Source: an uncultured Methanosarcinales archaeon (GTDB lineage: Archaea; Nanobdellota; Nanobdellia; Woesearchaeales; GW2011-AR9). Taken from it: a stretch of 64,000 nucleotides of DNA. Location: the NCBI GenBank assembly GCA_964344235.1, contig CAYFMJ010000003.1:1-64000 (forward strand), in the 5' to 3' direction. Shown in pieces: positions 1-9,007 of the stretch. Within the stretch, counting starts at the first letter, position 1, and each line of letters begins with the position of its first letter. The notes under the pieces are model-generated. The model was not told the origin of the DNA and did no database searches. It saw only the letters and a program-made list of their open reading frames with translations. The translations under genes were made by a program, and so were the position numbers.

Positions 1-247
1 CATTATAACCACCAAAGTGGTTAATGTACTGTGTAGTTAAAACGGGATACTACATATGTGTGTTGTAATAAAAACATTTATCAACGGTAAAGTGTTTCTT
101 TCTGGAAGAAAAGTCCTACTTCGCATACCATAACCCCCCACTAAAGTATGGGAACATTGTATGCTTCGCCTGGTCATGTCATGTTTATCTTTGACAAACA
201 ACGACAATCACGACGCAGACGGACTTTTCTGCGAAAAAGAGGTTAGA

Positions 248-967
248 ATGAGTTATTTGATTTTAATACGGCACGGCGAGAGTAGATGGAACCTGTCCAA
301 TAAATTTACCGGCTGGGTTGATGTGCCGCTAAGTGATAATGGGATTAAAGAAGCTCGTAGAGCAGCAAAGGCGTTAGAGGGAATTAAATTAGATGTGGCG
401 TTTACTTCCGAGCTGGAAAGAGCTCACGAAACGTTGATGATTATTCTGGCAAAGCAACAATATACAGGAATATTTGTACATGAAAGTAAGAAGCGAAAGA
501 AGTGGTCGGAACATAAGATGGATCGTCAAGAGATTCCAATTTACTCTGATGATGCGTTAAATGAGCGGTATTATGGAAAATTACAGGGAATGAATAAGGA
601 CAAAGCTCGGAAGAAGTTTGGGGAAAAGAAAGTGTTTACATGGCGTCGGAGTTATGATGTAAAACCACCTGGTGGAGAGAGTTTAAAGGATACGTATGAA
701 AGATCTGTACGGTATTATTCTAAGAAAATTCGACCATATTTACGGAAAAATAAGAATGTGTTAATCGTGGCTCACGGGAATAGTTTACGAGCGTTAATTA
801 AGAAGTTGGATGGGATTTCTGATGAAGATATTCCTAAGTTGAATTTACCGACGGGACAAGCAATTGTGTATAAGTGTGTGAAAGGGAAATTAACACGATT
901 GAAACATAAACATTCTTTTACTCGACCATTGTGTTGGGATGATCCAAAGTGTTTTGTGAAAAAGTAG
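248..967 (+). CDS. gpmA: 2,3-BPG-dependent phosphoglycerate mutase
   Basis: LIRHGES, LNERYYGKLQG and VAHGNSLRAL motifs; start moved to ATG 248 behind GAGGT. Confidence 0.95.
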   Translation: MSYLILIRHGESRWNLSNKFTGWVDVPLSDNGIKEARRAAKALEGIKLDVAFTSELERAHETLMIILAKQQYTGIFVHESKKRKKWSEHKMDRQEIPIYSDDALNERYYGKLQGMNKDKARKKFGEKKVFTWRRSYDVKPPGGESLKDTYERSVRYYSKKIRPYLRKNKNVLIVAHGNSLRALIKKLDGISDEDIPKLNLPTGQAIVYKCVKGKLTRLKHKHSFTRPLCWDDPKCFVKK

Positions 968-1023
968 TCACTTGTTAGTTGTTATCAGAAAGTTTTATAA
1001 AAGAATTCGTTGCTTTTTTATGT

Positions 1024-1587
1024 ATGACTACTGATTATACAAGCCCTATACCCCATTACACCGGCGCGAATGCAACTCCAAGAATGCCTGAAGACCCTAA
1101 TAGGACTCCCGTTTTTCATGGAACTCTTTCAACTACTGTTATGGCTGAAGGGGGTGAAACTGTAAGGGTGGATTTTAAAGATATCGGGGCGGCAGTAGAA
1201 TACATTGATGCAATGCCCGAAGTAATAGGGGGAGTTAGACGGATGACTATAGACTCTGCATTGGATAGTCTTCCCGGATTAATTGAGTCAGGGGATTTAT
1301 ATCATGCTTTAGAAGCTTACAGGTTTCTTGAAAGAAGGGGGTATGATCTAGAAGGTACGGGTGTAGCTGAACAGATTGCATTTGAAAATTATCATGCTGC
1401 TGAGGTTGCCTTAGAACGTGGAGATGTCAAACTTGCTACCACTCATCTTCGTTTTGCAAGAACAATAAAACCTTCTATAAAGCGCGAGGAAGGGCTTGCA
1501 AGTTGCTCTAGATTTTTGGCAGAAGAAGCAGATGAGCCAGCTGTTGCAAAAAAACTTCGTAGCTTTGCTAAGTACATTTTAAAATAA
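1024..1587 (+). CDS. hypothetical protein
   Basis: ORF 979..1587, first ATG at 1024; no motif recognised. Confidence 0.7.
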   Translation: MTTDYTSPIPHYTGANATPRMPEDPNRTPVFHGTLSTTVMAEGGETVRVDFKDIGAAVEYIDAMPEVIGGVRRMTIDSALDSLPGLIESGDLYHALEAYRFLERRGYDLEGTGVAEQIAFENYHAAEVALERGDVKLATTHLRFARTIKPSIKREEGLASCSRFLAEEADEPAVAKKLRSFAKYILK

Positions 1588-1653
1588 TTCGTCATTCCGT
1601 AAGACTTATATACCTCTATGATTTGTATTGCATAGAAAAAGTAGGTGATGCTC

Positions 1654-2361
1654 ATGAGATTAGTTCTTACAAAAAAACCGAAAGGTGTCAGAATTGTAGA
1701 GGGGTTTCCTGGTTTTGGTTTAATTGGAACGATTGCTACAGAATTCTTGATGGAACATTTGGATACAGAAAAAATAGGGATTGTTGAGATGGATGAAATT
1801 CCTGCGATGATTGCCATTCATCAAAATAAAGTTATTGAACCCATTTCTATCCATTACAATAAGAAACATAATATTGTACTAATCCATGCTATTAACGTCG
1901 GAAAGAATTTGGGATGGCAATTAGCAGCGGTAATTAGTGAATTGGCAAAAGCGCTAAGTGCGAAAGAAATTATTTCGTTAGAGGGTGTTGGTTCACCGAA
2001 TGCGGAAGGTGGCAGAGTATTCTTTTACGCAACTCAAAATAGTACGGTAGGAAAGAAGTTGCAAGGTGTTGCAAATCCACTTAATGAAGGCATTATTGTG
2101 GGTGTAACGGGTGCGTTACTTGCTAAGCATACAACCACTCCTTTAATTGCGTTATTTGCAGAAGCACGCAATAATATGCCAGATAGTAAAGCTGCTGCAC
2201 ACATCATTGAAGCGTTGTCTGCGTATACTGGCTTGAAAGTTGATACTGCTCCTTTATTACAGCAAGCAAAGATCTTTGAACAGAAGCTGAAAGGAATCGT
2301 TTCTAAAGGTAAGAAAGCAGAGCAAGTGCAGGAAGCGAAGCATTTGAGCTATGTTGGATAA
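1654..2361 (+). CDS. PAC2-family proteasome assembly chaperone
   Basis: EGFPGFGLIGTIA N-terminal motif and PDSKAAA; GGTGA SD before ATG 1654. Confidence 0.9.
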   Translation: MRLVLTKKPKGVRIVEGFPGFGLIGTIATEFLMEHLDTEKIGIVEMDEIPAMIAIHQNKVIEPISIHYNKKHNIVLIHAINVGKNLGWQLAAVISELAKALSAKEIISLEGVGSPNAEGGRVFFYATQNSTVGKKLQGVANPLNEGIIVGVTGALLAKHTTTPLIALFAEARNNMPDSKAAAHIIEALSAYTGLKVDTAPLLQQAKIFEQKLKGIVSKGKKAEQVQEAKHLSYVG

Positions 2362-2362
2362 A

Positions 2363-2620
2363 ATGGCACCAAAGGAGAAAAAGAGAAAAGAAGAGCCGAT
2401 TAGGGTCTCTAAACACGAGGCGGGAGCATTTCCTAAATTGCTATTATTGTTTAGTTTAATCGCAATGATCGTTGCTGTTGTCGACTATTTTAACATCTAT
2501 ACAATACCTAAAATCTGGTTGAACGGATTGTTGTTATTGGCCGGCTTGTGGTTGTTTTTTGCAGGTGCATCTGCTGGTATTAAGGAAAAACGACATAGTG
2601 AACTCAAGAAATATTTGTGA
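2363..2620 (+). CDS. small membrane protein
   Basis: two hydrophobic segments; follows the PAC2 stop directly. Confidence 0.7.
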   Translation: MAPKEKKRKEEPIRVSKHEAGAFPKLLLLFSLIAMIVAVVDYFNIYTIPKIWLNGLLLLAGLWLFFAGASAGIKEKRHSELKKYL

Positions 2621-2763
2621 TTGATTAAATGTTTTCGTTTTGTTTCTTTTAGTTTATTTTTGTAATTTATTTTTGTTTTAAGGGAAGAGTTTTTGTCAAA
2701 ATAGGATTTAATACTAATATTTCAGAATTATAAAACAGGTGGCAATGGCTAAATATTCTAGTT

Positions 2764-3417
2764 CTAACCAAAGAGATTTCCAACTTTTTCTTTCAATTCG
2801 TCGTCCATCTCAGCAATACTCTTCGTTCCGTATAAATCCATGGTCGTTTTGAAGGATAAGTGCCCCAAAACACGTTGCACTACCTCTAAACTGAGGCCTT
2901 TGTCTTTCAGTATCCTTGCACAAGAATGACGTAAAATGTGGGGGTTAATGTTCTTTAATTCAGGAATTGGATTTTGTAATTGTGCTCTTTGTCCTGCTTT
3001 CGCAACGATCCTATTGATTTGCGTTGGAGTAATGTGGCCGTTTTCATTTAATGTAGAAACAGCAGGAAATAAGTAGCCTTTTGAAGGGTTGTTTAATACG
3101 TATTGGATATACAGCTTAAGATCTTCCACTAATTGGTCGGAGAAGATGGTCGCTAGACGATAGATGTTCTTCTTCCCATGAATTTGAATTTTGTTCGTTG
3201 TTAAATCAATATCTTCGATTTTGATTTTTGCTAATTCAAATCTCCTCAACCCACAATAAGCAAATAATTTGATGATGATTTTGTCACGCAATTTTTCGGT
3301 GTGTTTGATAAGAAGTTTGATTTGATCTTCCGAAAGGTGGAACTGACTGCGAGAATGGGCCTTTTTACTAATCGCCTCTTTCATTTCTCTAGAAAACGTA
3401 ACGAAATATTTAAACAT
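2764..3417 (-). CDS. tyrosine recombinase/integrase, short catalytic-domain form
   Basis: GLRRFE (R), HILRHS (HxxR), LGH and TTMDLYG (Tyr); alternative start ATG 3384; no clear N-terminal SAM-like domain. Confidence 0.9.
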   Translation of the reverse strand: MFKYFVTFSREMKEAISKKAHSRSQFHLSEDQIKLLIKHTEKLRDKIIIKLFAYCGLRRFELAKIKIEDIDLTTNKIQIHGKKNIYRLATIFSDQLVEDLKLYIQYVLNNPSKGYLFPAVSTLNENGHITPTQINRIVAKAGQRAQLQNPIPELKNINPHILRHSCARILKDKGLSLEVVQRVLGHLSFKTTMDLYGTKSIAEMDDELKEKVGNLFG

Positions 3418-3581
3418 TACGTTTTTGGTGTTTTTTGTTACATTTTACGTCACATTCTACATAAAGTGTTACGTAATGTATCGAAACGCCTATTTGTGCC
3501 AAAAAGGCCGGCTTTTTTTTTCTGTGATCTTTTGTGGTTTTGGAGTGTTTAGTGTGTTCTGAAACTTTTAATCAGCGATGG

Positions 3582-3593
3582 AAAGTTTTATAA
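3582..3593 (+). promoter_or_regulatory. BRE/TATA box (leaderless spacing)
   Basis: AAAGTTTTATAA ending 24 nt before ATG 3617. Confidence 0.55.
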
Positions 3594-3616
3594 GTGGTTT
3601 TTGTTATTGAGAAGTT

Positions 3617-4150
3617 ATGACAAAACAAGCACAACGAACAAGAATTTTCCCGGGAAACTTAGAACTTCCAGAAAGCCTTGTTGGGAAGATTCAGGAAGTT
3701 AAATTAATACGTCCAAAGAAAGCGGATTTTGCTGCAGGGGCAGCTAATGTTGCTCTTGCCTGTGCCGTAACGCGTGTAGATGTGGCGACTTATGGAGACC
3801 CATCAGAATGTGTCAAAATAACGGGGGAAAGTGGCTTTTACGCTGGAGAGACAATTGCGATTGCGACATATCTCTCGAGAACGCTTCAACCAGTTGATCG
3901 AGGATTGGGTTCTTTGTGGCTACGTGATGTTAATGCTTCTTTGCCTGAAGAGGAAAGAGGGGGTATACATTTTGGGGTTGAAGTAGAACTTTTTCCAGGA
4001 GAGTGGGAGCCTTCGTTTAGCTTGGTTCAGTTAGGTCTGCCTGGTGCACATACATTAACAGTTCGCTGTGCAAGATTTGGCCGCTATAGGAATCCTCTGG
4101 AGAATTTTGTTGGAGCGATTGATGAACAATATAACCTAGGAAAACATTAA
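3617..4150 (+). CDS. hypothetical protein
   Basis: 177-aa ORF with TATA box upstream. Confidence 0.7.
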   Translation: MTKQAQRTRIFPGNLELPESLVGKIQEVKLIRPKKADFAAGAANVALACAVTRVDVATYGDPSECVKITGESGFYAGETIAIATYLSRTLQPVDRGLGSLWLRDVNASLPEEERGGIHFGVEVELFPGEWEPSFSLVQLGLPGAHTLTVRCARFGRYRNPLENFVGAIDEQYNLGKH

Positions 4151-4300
4151 TATTTTGGGGCCCATTATTTTTAATAATTTATCATTAATTTTATTATAAC
4201 TAACTAAATTTCCAGACAAATGACAATAGGTTTTAGAATTAATGTTCCTACTCTCCAATAGTTCTGCATCTTTAAAAACTTAGAAGAGAATTTAAGATTT

Positions 4301-6016
4301 ATGCCAACAGCACCGTGGGATCTATCTGCAGTTAAACCCAAAAGTATTGATGGAGAGTTGAAGTCTATTGCAGCTCTTGCTAAGAAGATTGAGAAGAAGC
4401 GAAGAATGTTAACAAACTCTATTTCTACGAGGACATTCATAGCTATCGTGAAAGAGTTAGAGAATTTGCGGAAGAAGTCATCTAAATTAGGGGTGTATGT
4501 TCATTTGCGGTTCTGTGAGAATTCTAAGGATCAAAAAGCGACGGCCGACATGACAAAAGTAGAAACAGCGTTAGCGAAGATTAGTAACACGTTGTTGTTC
4601 TTTTCATTATGGTTTAAACAATTACCGGAGAAGAAGGCAAAGGAACTCATTAAAGCGAGCGGTAAGTACAAGTATCATTTTGAATTATTAAGAAAGAATA
4701 AAAAATATACATTACAGGAAAATGAGGAGAAAATTATCAATATTAAAGATACAACTGGTGTTTCTGCAATAACTAATGTCTATAATATTCTCACAGCAGG
4801 GTTTGAGTATGAGTTCCAGGGTAAGAAGAGAACACAGGAAGAAATGGTGACGTATGTCCGAAGTTCTTCTGCAAAAGTTAGAGAAGCAGCATATAGGGAA
4901 CTCTTCAGACCGTATAAAGCGAATAAAGCTGTTATAGGAGAGATTTACAAAAACATCATTAATGATTGGCGAGAAGAAAACGTTGGCCTACGAGGTCATA
5001 AAAGCCCAATTTCTGTACGGAATAATGTGAATGATATTCCAGATAAAGCAATTGATGTTTTGTTAAAAGTGTGTGAGAAGAATCAGAAATTATTTCATAG
5101 ATTTTTTGAAATTAAACGAAAGAGATTAGGATTGAAGAGATTACGGCGGTTTGATGTGTATGCTCCATTAAAGGAGGAGAAAGGAACCATTTCGTATGAT
5201 ACAGCAGTTTCTATGGTGTTAGAAACATTTGCTGATTTCTCTTCGGAGTTTCATGATGCTACAAAGACGATTTTAGAGAAGAAACATGTCCATAGTAAAG
5301 TGCAGAAAGGTAAACGTTCAGGTGCGTTTTGTTGTTCATCTACGTGTGAGATTGAACCGTTTGTGTTGTTAAGTTATACAGGGAAGTATAGGGACGTTTC
5401 AACACTTGCACACGAATTAGGACATGGTGTGCATGATATGCTTGCTTCAAAACAGACAGAGTTTACATCACAAGCATGTTTACCTCTTGCTGAGACAGCT
5501 TCTATTTTCTCAGAGATGTTATTATCAGAGAGAATGTTAAGGATTAATCCTGCAGCGGCAAAGAATATGATGTTTACGAAGTTAGATGATTTGTATGCTT
5601 CTATCATTCGGCAAGCTGGCTTTGTAGCATTTGAGAGAAAAGCACACGATATGATGCGGGATGGGAAGACAATCGATGAGATGAGTGCTGTGTATTTGAA
5701 AGATTTGAAGAAACAGTTAGGACCTGTTGTTGTTGATGAAATCTATCAGTATGAATGGGCGTATATTCCCCACATTTTCCATACGCCGTTTTATTGCTAT
5801 GCGTATGCATTTGGCAATTTGTTGACACTTGCTATTTATGAAATGTATAAAGAGAAAGGTGCATCGTTTGTTCCTAAAGTGATTGAGATGTTATCTGCGG
5901 GTGGTTCAATGGAGCCAGTAAAGATTGCAAAGATTGTTGGTGCGGATATTACATCTGAGAAGTTTTGGCAGAAAGGATTTGATGTTATTAAAAACATGAT
6001 AGATCAGATTGAGTGA
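4301..6016 (+). CDS. pepF: oligoendopeptidase F (M3B)
   Basis: TLAHELGHG (HExxH), AETASIFSEM, HIFHTPFYCYAYAFG. Confidence 0.92.
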   Translation: MPTAPWDLSAVKPKSIDGELKSIAALAKKIEKKRRMLTNSISTRTFIAIVKELENLRKKSSKLGVYVHLRFCENSKDQKATADMTKVETALAKISNTLLFFSLWFKQLPEKKAKELIKASGKYKYHFELLRKNKKYTLQENEEKIINIKDTTGVSAITNVYNILTAGFEYEFQGKKRTQEEMVTYVRSSSAKVREAAYRELFRPYKANKAVIGEIYKNIINDWREENVGLRGHKSPISVRNNVNDIPDKAIDVLLKVCEKNQKLFHRFFEIKRKRLGLKRLRRFDVYAPLKEEKGTISYDTAVSMVLETFADFSSEFHDATKTILEKKHVHSKVQKGKRSGAFCCSSTCEIEPFVLLSYTGKYRDVSTLAHELGHGVHDMLASKQTEFTSQACLPLAETASIFSEMLLSERMLRINPAAAKNMMFTKLDDLYASIIRQAGFVAFERKAHDMMRDGKTIDEMSAVYLKDLKKQLGPVVVDEIYQYEWAYIPHIFHTPFYCYAYAFGNLLTLAIYEMYKEKGASFVPKVIEMLSAGGSMEPVKIAKIVGADITSEKFWQKGFDVIKNMIDQIE

Positions 6017-6017
6017 A

Positions 6018-6401
6018 TTACTGGTAGTGAGCTTTGAACGCGACTCCGCCTGGCATTGAACCAAAACTGATGGTAGCACCTTCAAACACAATGCCTACCG
6101 CCACCCCTATGTCGTTAATATATGTCTTGTTCCTGGAATTTAAGTCAACGATCCGCTAGTGTCTCCCTCCTGCCGCAGGTTCGATTATTGCATGGTAGCG
6201 GGACACAACATTATCTGTGAGGACAACGTGGGATTCAAGATCACGGAGGTCAATTGCTAGAGTTCCTTCCAGTAGCATCCCTTTTGGAACAAGTACACCC
6301 GTGGCATTTCTAACAAATTCAGCTCGACCGAAATGTGTTCTCCCGTTTATTTCAAATTGATCTCCTGTTGATTTCCGCGTTAATATTAGTTTTAGAGTCA
6401 C
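6018..6401 (-). pseudogene. FHA-domain protein split by in-frame TAG at 6156-6158
   Basis: FGR...VSRYHA before the TAG; same frame continues RIVDLNSRNKTYIND (FHA DLxSxNxT motif) to TAA 6018-6020. Confidence 0.8.
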
Positions 6402-6424
6402 GAAGAAGCAAAGTCGGGGGTTTT

Positions 6425-7597
6425 TTATAATGATTTCGCTGCTTTCTTTACCGCTTCTGCGACGGCTGTTGCAACTTCTTTGTCAAGAGGCGAGGGAATG
6501 ATGTTTTCTACTGTAGGGTTTTGTACGTAATTAGCAATAGCGTGTGCTGCAGCAATCTTCATGCTACTTGTGATTTTTGTGGCATTCGCATCGATAGCTC
6601 CTCGGAAAATACCTGGAAATGCAAGAACATTGTTCACTTGATTGGGGAAGTCACTTCTACCAGTGCCGATGATATAAGCACCCCATTGTTTTGCATCTTC
6701 CGGCATCACTTCAGGAGTAGGATTGGCCATCGCTATTATTATTGGTTTGTCGTTCATTGATTGAATCATTTCTTTGTTTAATAAATTGCCAACACTTGCA
6801 CCAATGAACACGTCAGCTCCTGGGAAGGCATCCGTAAGTGATCCTGATTTATTTCCTTTATTGGTAATAGATGCTAACTCTTGTTTTGCTGGATTCAAAT
6901 CAATTCTATCTTTTGAGATAATTCCTTTAGAATCACACACAATAATGTCTTTAACGGGGGTACAGACATTTGAATCGTGACCTAAACACAATAAGAGTTT
7001 TGTAATAGCAGTTCCCGCAGCGCCACCTCCGACAATGACGACGGAAATCTCTTCAAACTTTTTTCCAACTAATTTTAGCGCGTTAATTAACGCTGCGAGT
7101 AAGACGATAGCACTACCATGTTGATCATCATGAAAGACAGGAATCCCAATGTCTTGTAAAGCGCTTTCGATTTCAAAACATCGTGGTGCAGCAATATCTT
7201 CTAGATTAATTCCTGCGAAAGTAGGAGCGATTTGTTTGCAAAATTCAATGATTTTTTCTGTGTCCTGCGTGTTAATGCAAAGAGGAAATGCATCGATGTC
7301 AGCATATTGTTTGAATAAAACAGCTTTCCCTTCCATTACAGGCAAAGCAGCTTCAGGACCGATGTTTCCCAACCCAAGAACAGCTGAACCGTCAGAGACA
7401 ACAGCTACAGTGTTGTTTTTAATGGTAAGATTTTTTGCTTCTGCGGTGTTTTTATGGATAACTCGACACGGTTCTGCAACACCTGGTGTGTAGAGAAGTG
7501 AAAGATCGTGTTTATCTTTAATGGAATGTTTAGAAGTTGTCTCTAATTTGCCTTTGAGTTTTTTGTGGAGTTCAAGAGATTCTTGGTAGACTGTCAT
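6425..7597 (-). CDS. mae: NAD(P)-dependent malic enzyme
   Basis: YTPGVAEPC, INLEDI, FHDDQHG, AMANPTPE. Confidence 0.95.
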   Translation of the reverse strand: MTVYQESLELHKKLKGKLETTSKHSIKDKHDLSLLYTPGVAEPCRVIHKNTAEAKNLTIKNNTVAVVSDGSAVLGLGNIGPEAALPVMEGKAVLFKQYADIDAFPLCINTQDTEKIIEFCKQIAPTFAGINLEDIAAPRCFEIESALQDIGIPVFHDDQHGSAIVLLAALINALKLVGKKFEEISVVIVGGGAAGTAITKLLLCLGHDSNVCTPVKDIIVCDSKGIISKDRIDLNPAKQELASITNKGNKSGSLTDAFPGADVFIGASVGNLLNKEMIQSMNDKPIIIAMANPTPEVMPEDAKQWGAYIIGTGRSDFPNQVNNVLAFPGIFRGAIDANATKITSSMKIAAAHAIANYVQNPTVENIIPSPLDKEVATAVAEAVKKAAKSL

Positions 7598-7612
7598 AGT
7601 AAAAATAAAAAA

Positions 7613-8197
7613 TTATTGGGTTTTTGCTTTTTCGAATCTTTCTTGAACAACGTTCCAGTCAATTGCTTCAACAAACGCATTGATGTATGTGGCTCTGTCT
7701 GTGTTATAGTCAGCAATATAGGCGTGTTCGAAAACATCCATGACTAACAAAGGAATTGTCCCAGAGAGATGGCCAAGATCATGTTCATTAATCCAAACGT
7801 TAGATAATCTCTTTGCAACAGGGTCATAGTACATCACAACCCAACCAATACCTCTCAACTTACCTGTATTAACAAAATCGTCATGACACGCTTTACCTGA
7901 ACCGAAGGATTCGGTGATAAGCCTCATTAAAGGTGCATCATCAGCAAGGGTTGTCTTTTCTTTACTCAAATTACCAAAATAAAGCTCATGTAACCGCATT
8001 CCGTTGAATTCCCAACCGAACCTCTGTTTAACACCAATGAATTCCTGGCTTCCTGGTTCTAGGGTTTTTAGCAACTCGACAATTTTGTTAGTATTTTTTA
8101 CGTAACCAGAATAAAGTTTAAAATGAGTTTGTAGTAATTTATCACTAAATCCTGGTGTTCCAAGTAAGCTTGAAAAGTCTTTTTCTTCATATGTCAT
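7613..8197 (-). CDS. sod: Fe/Mn superoxide dismutase family
   Basis: HFKLYSGYV, FNGMRLHELYF, MDVFEHAY metal-ligand motifs. Confidence 0.9.
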   Translation of the reverse strand: MTYEEKDFSSLLGTPGFSDKLLQTHFKLYSGYVKNTNKIVELLKTLEPGSQEFIGVKQRFGWEFNGMRLHELYFGNLSKEKTTLADDAPLMRLITESFGSGKACHDDFVNTGKLRGIGWVVMYYDPVAKRLSNVWINEHDLGHLSGTIPLLVMDVFEHAYIADYNTDRATYINAFVEAIDWNVVQERFEKAKTQ

Positions 8198-8208
8198 TGT
8201 TAAGCCCC

Positions 8209-8814
8209 CTAAATCTTCCCCACTAGGTCCAATCCTGGTTTAAGTGTTGAGGAACCAGGTTGCCAGTTCGCTGGGCAGACTTGATCGCCGTGTGCATGAA
8301 CAAACTGTGCTGCTTGTATCTTTCGAATTAACTCTGTACTACTTCGCCCGATACTGTTATCGTTAATCTCAAATGATTTTAGAATTCCCTCAGGATCAAT
8401 GATGAACGTTCCTCGTAGTGACAAGCCTTCTTCTTCAATCATCGTACCATATGCTCGGCAGATGTTTCCAGTAGGATCTGCAACCATTGGAAACCTAATC
8501 TTTTTGATAGTCTCTGAAGCATCATGCCATGCTTTATGTACAAAGGCAGTATCGGTGCTTACAGAAAGTACTTCGCAACCAAGTTCTTGCAATTTTGCAT
8601 ATTGGTCTGCAACATCTCCCAATTCTGTTGGGCAGATAAATGTGAAATCTGCTGGGTAGAATACTAGAATAACCCATTTTCCTTTATACTGTGAGAGGTT
8701 CACTGTGTGGACCTCGCCGTTGTGAAACGCTTCTGCCTTGAAGTCAGGGGCAGGTGCATTTATTTTTGCTTTCGATACATGCCAATTTTCATTACAACAT
8801 TGTTCCATTTTCAA
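8209..8814 (-). CDS. ahpC: 2-Cys peroxiredoxin
   Basis: FYPADFTFICPTE and VCPANW. Confidence 0.95.
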   Translation of the reverse strand: MKMEQCCNENWHVSKAKINAPAPDFKAEAFHNGEVHTVNLSQYKGKWVILVFYPADFTFICPTELGDVADQYAKLQELGCEVLSVSTDTAFVHKAWHDASETIKKIRFPMVADPTGNICRAYGTMIEEEGLSLRGTFIIDPEGILKSFEINDNSIGRSSTELIRKIQAAQFVHAHGDQVCPANWQPGSSTLKPGLDLVGKI

Positions 8815-9007
8815 TTCCTCCGTAAGTGTGATCAGAATAAACCCTCTGTTTTGAAATCCAGAAGAAGAGGTGCTATATATAGTTTGTGATTTACAACTTT
8901 AATGGAAATTCTTGGCGGTACTTCTTATTATGTTTTATAATGCTTTTGTTAACGACATAGTGGTTAAAAGAGAAAACTATTAAAATAACAGATGAGTTTA
9001 GCAGTAG

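Noticed and set aside
161-247. N-terminal extension of GpmA
   Set aside because: Homology and SD indicate ATG 248
3455-3480. Canonical dif site
   Set aside because: TAA-to-TTA spacer is 4 bp, not 6; same at 23091-23110
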